From Methanocaldococcus jannaschii DSM 2661 (GTDB taxonomy: Archaea > AGJL01 > Methanococci > Methanococcales > Methanocaldococcaceae), in the NCBI RefSeq assembly GCF_000091665.1, contig NC_000909.1, positions 820,712 through 852,711 of the forward strand: a stretch of DNA of 32,000 nucleotides, given 5' to 3'. Both the position numbers and the translations under genes were made by a program. How positions within the stretch are numbered: position 1 is the stretch's first letter; the number at the start of each line of letters is the position of its first letter. The notes beneath the pieces are model-generated. The model was given only the letters and a program-made list of their open reading frames with translations. It did not search any database and was not told the origin of the DNA. Shown here in pieces: positions 27,247 through 32,000 of the stretch.

Positions 27247-28962
27247 ATGGAAGGATTCAAAATTGCAATGAAGGTTATTGATGAGATTGATAAAAAGATA
27301 AAACCTTTAATTGGCTGGGAAAAAGCAGATGAAGTGGTTAAAATAGGTGCAGATGGGACTCCAACGAAAAGAATTGATGTAATTGCTGAAAATATGGCAA
27401 TAAATATTTTAGAGAAGTTTAGTGGAGGGATTTTAATAAGTGAAGAAATTGGATTGAAAGTTGTTGGCGATGAGTTAGAGTATATTTTTATCTTGGACCC
27501 CATAGATGGAACATACAACGCTTTAAAATCTATCCCCATATATTCAACTTCAATAGCTGTAGCAAAAATTAAAGGGGAGGATAAAAAACTAATTAGAGAA
27601 AATATTAATAACATAGATTGGATTAAAAGTTTTATAGCTAATAAATATACAATAAATGATTTATATGTTGGAATTGTGAAAAATTTAGCTACTGGAGATT
27701 TGTATTATGCTATCAAAGGAGAAGGAAGCTTTTTAGAGAAAGATGGGGAAAAAATTAAAATAGAAACAAAAAATATAAAAGATTTAAAAGAAGCATCTGT
27801 TGGATTGTTTGTTTATGGGTTATCTAATGATTTGTTAGAATTTTTAAAGGAAAGGAAGGTTAGGAGGGTCAGATTATTTGGTTCTATGGCTTTGGAGATG
27901 TGTTATGTTGTTAGTGGGGCTTTAGACGCTTATATAAACGTAAATGAAAATTCTCGTCTCTGCGATATAGCTGGGGCTTATGTTATCTGCAGAGAGGGAA
28001 ATGCAATTGTAACAAACAAAAATGGGAAACCATTAAATATGAAATTACATTTAATGGAGAGAACATCTTTAATTGTTAGCAATAAATATTTACATAAAAA
28101 GCTTATAGCTTTATTTGGCAACAGATGGATAATAAAGCCAGTGAAATTTGGAATAGTTGTTAGGGAGGATAAGGAAGAGGCAATTAACTTGGCTATAGAG
28201 ATTTGTAAATATCTAAAAGATAAAAACATCCCCTTCTGCGTTGAGGACTTTTTAAGAGAGAGAGTTGGTGGCGATAAGTTTGATATTTCAGCAATCTCTC
28301 ATATTATTGCTATTGGTGGGGATGGAACAATACTTAGGGCTTCAAGATTGGTTAATGGAGAGACAATACCTATAATAGCTGTAAATATGGGAAAAGTTGG
28401 ATTTTTAGCTGAGTTTTGTAAAGATGAAGTTTTTGAAATAATTGATAAGGTAATATATGGAGAGTATGAGATAGAAAAAAGAAGTAAATTATCTTGCAAA
28501 ATAATAAAAGATAATAGAGTTATAAAAACACCCTCTGCCTTAAATGAGATGGTTGTTATTACAAAAAACCCTGCAAAGATTTTAGAATTTGATGTATATG
28601 TTAATGATACGCTTGTTGAAAATGTTAGGGCGGATGGAATAATTGTCTCAACACCAACTGGTTCAACAGCCTATTCTCTAAGTGCTGGAGGGCCTATCGT
28701 TGAACCAAACGTTGATTGCTTTATAATATCACCAATATGTCCATTTAAGTTATCTTCGAGACCTTTAGTGATTTCCGCGTCAAATAGAATTAAACTAAAG
28801 CTTAAATTGGAAAAACCTGCTTTATTGGTTATTGATGGAAGTGTTGAATATGAAATAAATAAAGATGATGAGTTAATCTTTGAAAAATCCGACAGCTATG
28901 CTTATTTTGTAAAGGGGCAGAGTTTTTATAATAAGTTGAGCAGATGCCTTGGAATTAAATAA
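27247..28962 (+). CDS. Bifunctional NADP phosphatase (IMPase-like)/NAD kinase
   Basis: IMPase part IFILDPIDGTYNALKSIPIYSTSIAVAK; NAD kinase part AIGGDGTILRASRL, TPTGSTAYSLSAGGPIVEP. ATG at 27247. Confidence 0.93.
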   Translation: MEGFKIAMKVIDEIDKKIKPLIGWEKADEVVKIGADGTPTKRIDVIAENMAINILEKFSGGILISEEIGLKVVGDELEYIFILDPIDGTYNALKSIPIYSTSIAVAKIKGEDKKLIRENINNIDWIKSFIANKYTINDLYVGIVKNLATGDLYYAIKGEGSFLEKDGEKIKIETKNIKDLKEASVGLFVYGLSNDLLEFLKERKVRRVRLFGSMALEMCYVVSGALDAYINVNENSRLCDIAGAYVICREGNAIVTNKNGKPLNMKLHLMERTSLIVSNKYLHKKLIALFGNRWIIKPVKFGIVVREDKEEAINLAIEICKYLKDKNIPFCVEDFLRERVGGDKFDISAISHIIAIGGDGTILRASRLVNGETIPIIAVNMGKVGFLAEFCKDEVFEIIDKVIYGEYEIEKRSKLSCKIIKDNRVIKTPSALNEMVVITKNPAKILEFDVYVNDTLVENVRADGIIVSTPTGSTAYSLSAGGPIVEPNVDCFIISPICPFKLSSRPLVISASNRIKLKLKLEKPALLVIDGSVEYEINKDDELIFEKSDSYAYFVKGQSFYNKLSRCLGIK

Positions 28963-28963
28963 A

Positions 28964-29764
28964 TTACTTTATCACGAACTCCCTAACTTTCTCTCTTATA
29001 TTTTCACTCTCCATTATTGATGAGCCAATTAAAGCAGCGTCAGTGAATTTTAAAACATAATTTAACTGCTCCTTTGTATATATACCACTCTCTCCAACCT
29101 TTATTTTATTTTTTGGGATTAATGGGGCCAATTTTTCAGTTGTAGATAAATCAATCTTTAGGGTTTTTAAATCTCTGTTATTTATGCCTATAATTTTAGC
29201 TCCAGCATCTAAAGCTATATCTATTTCATCTTCACTGTGCGTCTCAACTAAACATTCCAAATCATTTTCTTTTGCATAATCTAAAAACTCTCCAATGTCT
29301 TCTTTTAATGATGAAACAATTAATAACACTGCATTAGCTCCAATCTCACTTGCTACATCAATCTGATAAAAATCAACAATAAAATCTTTCATCAATATGG
29401 GAATATCAAATTCTCTTGCAACAATTAAATTTTTATAACTTCCATTGAAGTATTTTGGTTCAGTTAAAATAGATAAAGCTGTTGCTCCTCCTTCCACCAT
29501 TTCATTGGCAATATTTTTTACATCTTCGAGATTTATTTCTCTTATGCTACCTTTTGATGGAGAAGATGGCTTAATCTCTGTAATTATTGGGTTTTTTATT
29601 TCTTTAGCTTTTTTTATGGCTTTTGATAATCTTAACTTTCTCTTTTTTTCTACATCTATATCTAATTCATCGATAAAACTCCTTAAGTTTTTGATTATGT
29701 CTTTTCTCTTTTCTATCTCAACCATTTTTTTTCTATTTGCTACAATTTCATCTAAGACTTTCAT
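28964..29764 (-). CDS. trpC: Indole-3-glycerol-phosphate synthase
   Basis: ITEIKPSSPSKG, LKDFIVDFYQIDVASEIGANAVLLIV, IIGINNRDLKTLKIDLS, VGESGI. Confidence 0.96.
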   Translation of the reverse strand: MKVLDEIVANRKKMVEIEKRKDIIKNLRSFIDELDIDVEKKRKLRLSKAIKKAKEIKNPIITEIKPSSPSKGSIREINLEDVKNIANEMVEGGATALSILTEPKYFNGSYKNLIVAREFDIPILMKDFIVDFYQIDVASEIGANAVLLIVSSLKEDIGEFLDYAKENDLECLVETHSEDEIDIALDAGAKIIGINNRDLKTLKIDLSTTEKLAPLIPKNKIKVGESGIYTKEQLNYVLKFTDAALIGSSIMESENIREKVREFVIK

Positions 29765-29834
29765 ATTATCACATTTAATAAAAAGAATTGCTATTTAAAA
29801 AAGGTAGGATAAAATAAAATAATAGTATAAGCTC

Positions 29835-30284
29835 TTATTCACTATTTTCTTCTTTTTCTTCTTTTATTTCTATGTTTTCTTTTGTAACATTACTTTCTTC
29901 CTTTTTTTCTTTAATAAGTTTTTCTATAACGACATTTCTTGGGGTTATTAGCAAATGTTCATCTCCTAAAGCCAATAACATTCCTCCAAATTTTGCAACT
30001 TCATTTCTCATCTTTCTGATGATTTCGATAAATTCATCATCAATCTCCTTCTCTAAGTTGGGAGTTTTTGCTATAACGATATATCCCGCTTCAGCCATCA
30101 CTATAGCATTTACAGCATCTTTTTCATCTTCAATACTGCAAACCTTTATAATTACTTTCTCTTCTTCAACTGGAGTTAGTGGGATTTCCTCAATTTCTTC
30201 TAAGTAGTCATCTACAGATACTGGTGCGGGGGTTGAGAAATTATCTCCTTTTTTACTCAAAAGTTTCTTTAGCTTTTCTAACAT
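29835..30284 (-). CDS. sepF: SepF-like protein (archaeal FtsZ anchor candidate)
   Basis: Short N-terminal amphipathic segment MLEKLKKLLSKKG, DYLEEIEEIP, and SepF-like core VIIKVCSIEDEKDAVNAIVMAEAGYIVIAKTP. Confidence 0.75.
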   Translation of the reverse strand: MLEKLKKLLSKKGDNFSTPAPVSVDDYLEEIEEIPLTPVEEEKVIIKVCSIEDEKDAVNAIVMAEAGYIVIAKTPNLEKEIDDEFIEIIRKMRNEVAKFGGMLLALGDEHLLITPRNVVIEKLIKEKKEESNVTKENIEIKEEKEENSE

Positions 30285-30288
30285 TGCA

Positions 30289-30846
30289 TCACCTTTTCAA
30301 ATACTTAATAATTATATCCAACAATTCAGGGATTCCTTCAAAAGTTTTTGCTGATACAAATATTGGAGTATTTTTTATTCTTCTTTCAACATAATTCTTT
30401 AAATGTTCTTTATCACTATCATTTAATAAATCACATTTATTGATTACCACTATAATAGGTTTTTGGTATCTGAATTTTAACAAGTGGTGGAGTCTCTCAA
30501 AGCTCCTTAATAATCCAACACTGCCATCAATTACATGTATAATCATATCTGAATCATTAATCTCCTCAAACGTCTTTTCTAAAACTTTTGGTGTCATAAT
30601 TGGGGATTGTTTGTCAGTTGTTGTATATAATCCTCCCAAATCAACAAACACTAAATTCACAAATTCTGGCTCCTCCTTAATTCTCCCAATCTTCAACTTT
30701 CCCCAGTATCTTTTTATGGGCATTTTTGTAGTTCCACCTACCTCAGACACTAATGAAACATATTTTCCAAACAATGCGTTCATTATTGATGACTTTCCAG
30801 CATTTTCTGGGCCAATAATGGCTATTTTAAACTCTTTATCTTGCAT
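30289..30846 (-). CDS. Small GTP-binding protein
   Basis: G1 GPENAGKSS, G2/G3 region GGTT..DLGG, G4 NKCD, G5 SAKT. Confidence 0.9.
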   Translation of the reverse strand: MQDKEFKIAIIGPENAGKSSIMNALFGKYVSLVSEVGGTTKMPIKRYWGKLKIGRIKEEPEFVNLVFVDLGGLYTTTDKQSPIMTPKVLEKTFEEINDSDMIIHVIDGSVGLLRSFERLHHLLKFRYQKPIIVVINKCDLLNDSDKEHLKNYVERRIKNTPIFVSAKTFEGIPELLDIIIKYLKR

Positions 30847-30855
30847 AGTCTCACA

Positions 30856-31758
30856 TTATAGCTTAATGTCTTCACACAACTTTGGAGCTAATGAGTGATG
30901 CTCAGCCAAACCTAAAGCAGCAACAGCCCCTATTATCCCTCCTTCTCCATTAATTGGAATTATTTTTATGTTATTTCTTAAAGCTATAGATTTTGCTTCC
31001 TCTATTTTAACCATTTCTTTTTTAGCTTTTAATGCAAAGAGCTTCATACTTTTTGATGGGAAAAGGCCATAATAAACAGCCATTGCTGTTTCATCTGATA
31101 AACTTCTTTCTTTTAATAATTTTTTAATGAATTTATCCAATTTGTATTTATATTCTGGATAGACCGCAAAACTTAAAGCGATGGAGACACAGTTTTGAGT
31201 TTTATTTGGATTTCCAGGATAAAGTTGAACAATTGTATGGTCTAAATAATAACCAAGCCCTTCTTTCTCAACTTCTAAACCAATCTCATGTGCTAAAACC
31301 CATGTAGCTCCTTCTTCTTTTGTATCTGTGTCATCAATTCCAATAATAACCTTTTCCATTTTTGGAGTTATAACCTCTGCCTTTCCAAGCCTTGAACCAC
31401 CTCCCTTTTCTAAAATATTTACTTCAAGGACATTTTTGGCTCCCTTCCTTAACTCAGCTCCTACGCCTCCTCCAGCTAATCCCGCATAGACAATATGAAC
31501 TCTATTATTTTCTATATAAACTTCTTCAATTCCTGCTGCCGATAATGAAGGGACTAAATTTAATTTTTCTTTACCAATTTTTGTTACAAAGTGGTGTTTG
31601 TTTCCTTCTCTCCATGCTGATAAGATTAGAGGAGAGGTTCTTTGATATTGATAGATAACCCATTCACTACCGTTTGGACAAGGATGTTCTTCAACTATCT
31701 CAACAAGGTTTAAGGCATCATCTACCATTGCAATGACACTTTTATAATTTACTGACAT
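30856..31758 (-). CDS. DDTD-motif protein related to TiaS, probably methanogenesis marker protein 11
   Basis: VIIGIDDTDTKEEGATWVLAHEIG and C-terminal INGEGGIIGAVAALGLAEH. No TiaS zinc ribbon was seen and the length is only 300 aa. Confidence 0.6.
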   Translation of the reverse strand: MSVNYKSVIAMVDDALNLVEIVEEHPCPNGSEWVIYQYQRTSPLILSAWREGNKHHFVTKIGKEKLNLVPSLSAAGIEEVYIENNRVHIVYAGLAGGGVGAELRKGAKNVLEVNILEKGGGSRLGKAEVITPKMEKVIIGIDDTDTKEEGATWVLAHEIGLEVEKEGLGYYLDHTIVQLYPGNPNKTQNCVSIALSFAVYPEYKYKLDKFIKKLLKERSLSDETAMAVYYGLFPSKSMKLFALKAKKEMVKIEEAKSIALRNNIKIIPINGEGGIIGAVAALGLAEHHSLAPKLCEDIKL

Positions 31759-31777
31759 AGAATCACCTGTGATATTT

Positions 31778-31990
31778 AAATAGGACTTTCGCAGAGGTAA
31801 ATTTTATTATTTTTTATTATCATTATTGTATAGGACGTAATTGTATATGGATGTACAAAGGTGTTAAAGTTCCAAATAGAACTTTTTTGTAGTTTAAAAC
31901 ATTAGGTCACTTTTTTGTGCAATGATAAATTTTAGTCTACGAACGTTCTATCAAAGATGATATTATAAAAAACTACAGAAAGTCCTATTT
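31778..31990. repeat. ~213-bp element bounded by perfect 13-bp inverted repeats (MITE-like)
   Basis: AAATAGGACTTTC at 31778-31790 and GAAAGTCCTATTT at 31978-31990. The arms continue with imperfect inverted similarity. Confidence 0.5.
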
Positions 31991-32000
31991 GAATTTTATG

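Noticed and set aside
24381-31658. Other opposite-strand ORFs (24381-24602, 24648-24848, 27225-27614, 27978-28229, 28299-28499, 29445-29798, 29872-30207, 30179-30394, 30440-30898, 31392-31658)
   Set aside because: All are antisense to confidently identified genes and lack family-like sequence.
30856-31758. Calling this gene a full TiaS (tRNA-Ile2 agmatidinylcytidine synthetase)
   Set aside because: It has the DDTD motif but is only 300 aa and lacks the C-terminal zinc ribbon I would expect, so methanogenesis marker 11-like is preferred.
1-32000. CRISPR arrays, tRNA or rRNA genes
   Set aside because: No regularly spaced 24-37-bp repeats and no GC-rich cloverleaf or rRNA-like segment were seen in this AT-rich window by eye. 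A tRNAscan/Infernal run would settle this.

Overview
This 32 kb window is from a methanogenic archaeon, very probably Methanocaldococcus (M. jannaschii-like; inferred from gene content and remembered sequences, not searched). It starts with a truncated ORF and a UPF0148-type zinc protein, then a complete archaellum (fla/arl) operon: flaB1-flaB2-flaB3-flaC-flaD-flaE-flaF-flaG-flaH-flaI-flaJ-flaK. Next come a large secreted beta-rich protein with a broken reading frame, a winged-helix regulator, a SAM methyltransferase, a radical SAM protein, cobN, relBE plus an orphan DUF104-like antitoxin, a MoxR/ChlI-ChlD-type chelatase split by a frame transition, a metallophosphoesterase, Sec61beta, coaBC, a PIN/antitoxin pair, L-aspartate dehydrogenase, a PRC-barrel protein, an NADP phosphatase/NAD kinase, trpC, SepF, a small GTPase and a DDTD-motif protein. 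The most interesting signals are two -1 frame transitions on A-rich slippery heptamers: A_AAA_AAC in chlD, next to cobN, and A_AAA_AAG in flaC, followed by a CCTCCT/AGGAGG hairpin. A third frame break, with no slippery site, lies in the large secreted protein. Other signals are a 196-bp perfect repeat shared by flaB1 and flaB2, a stem-loop plus T-run between flaB3 and flaC, two short genes missed by the ORF track (Sec61beta and a CxxC protein), and a ~213-bp inverted-repeat element at the right edge. The frame breaks could also be homopolymer sequence errors, and tests are given.
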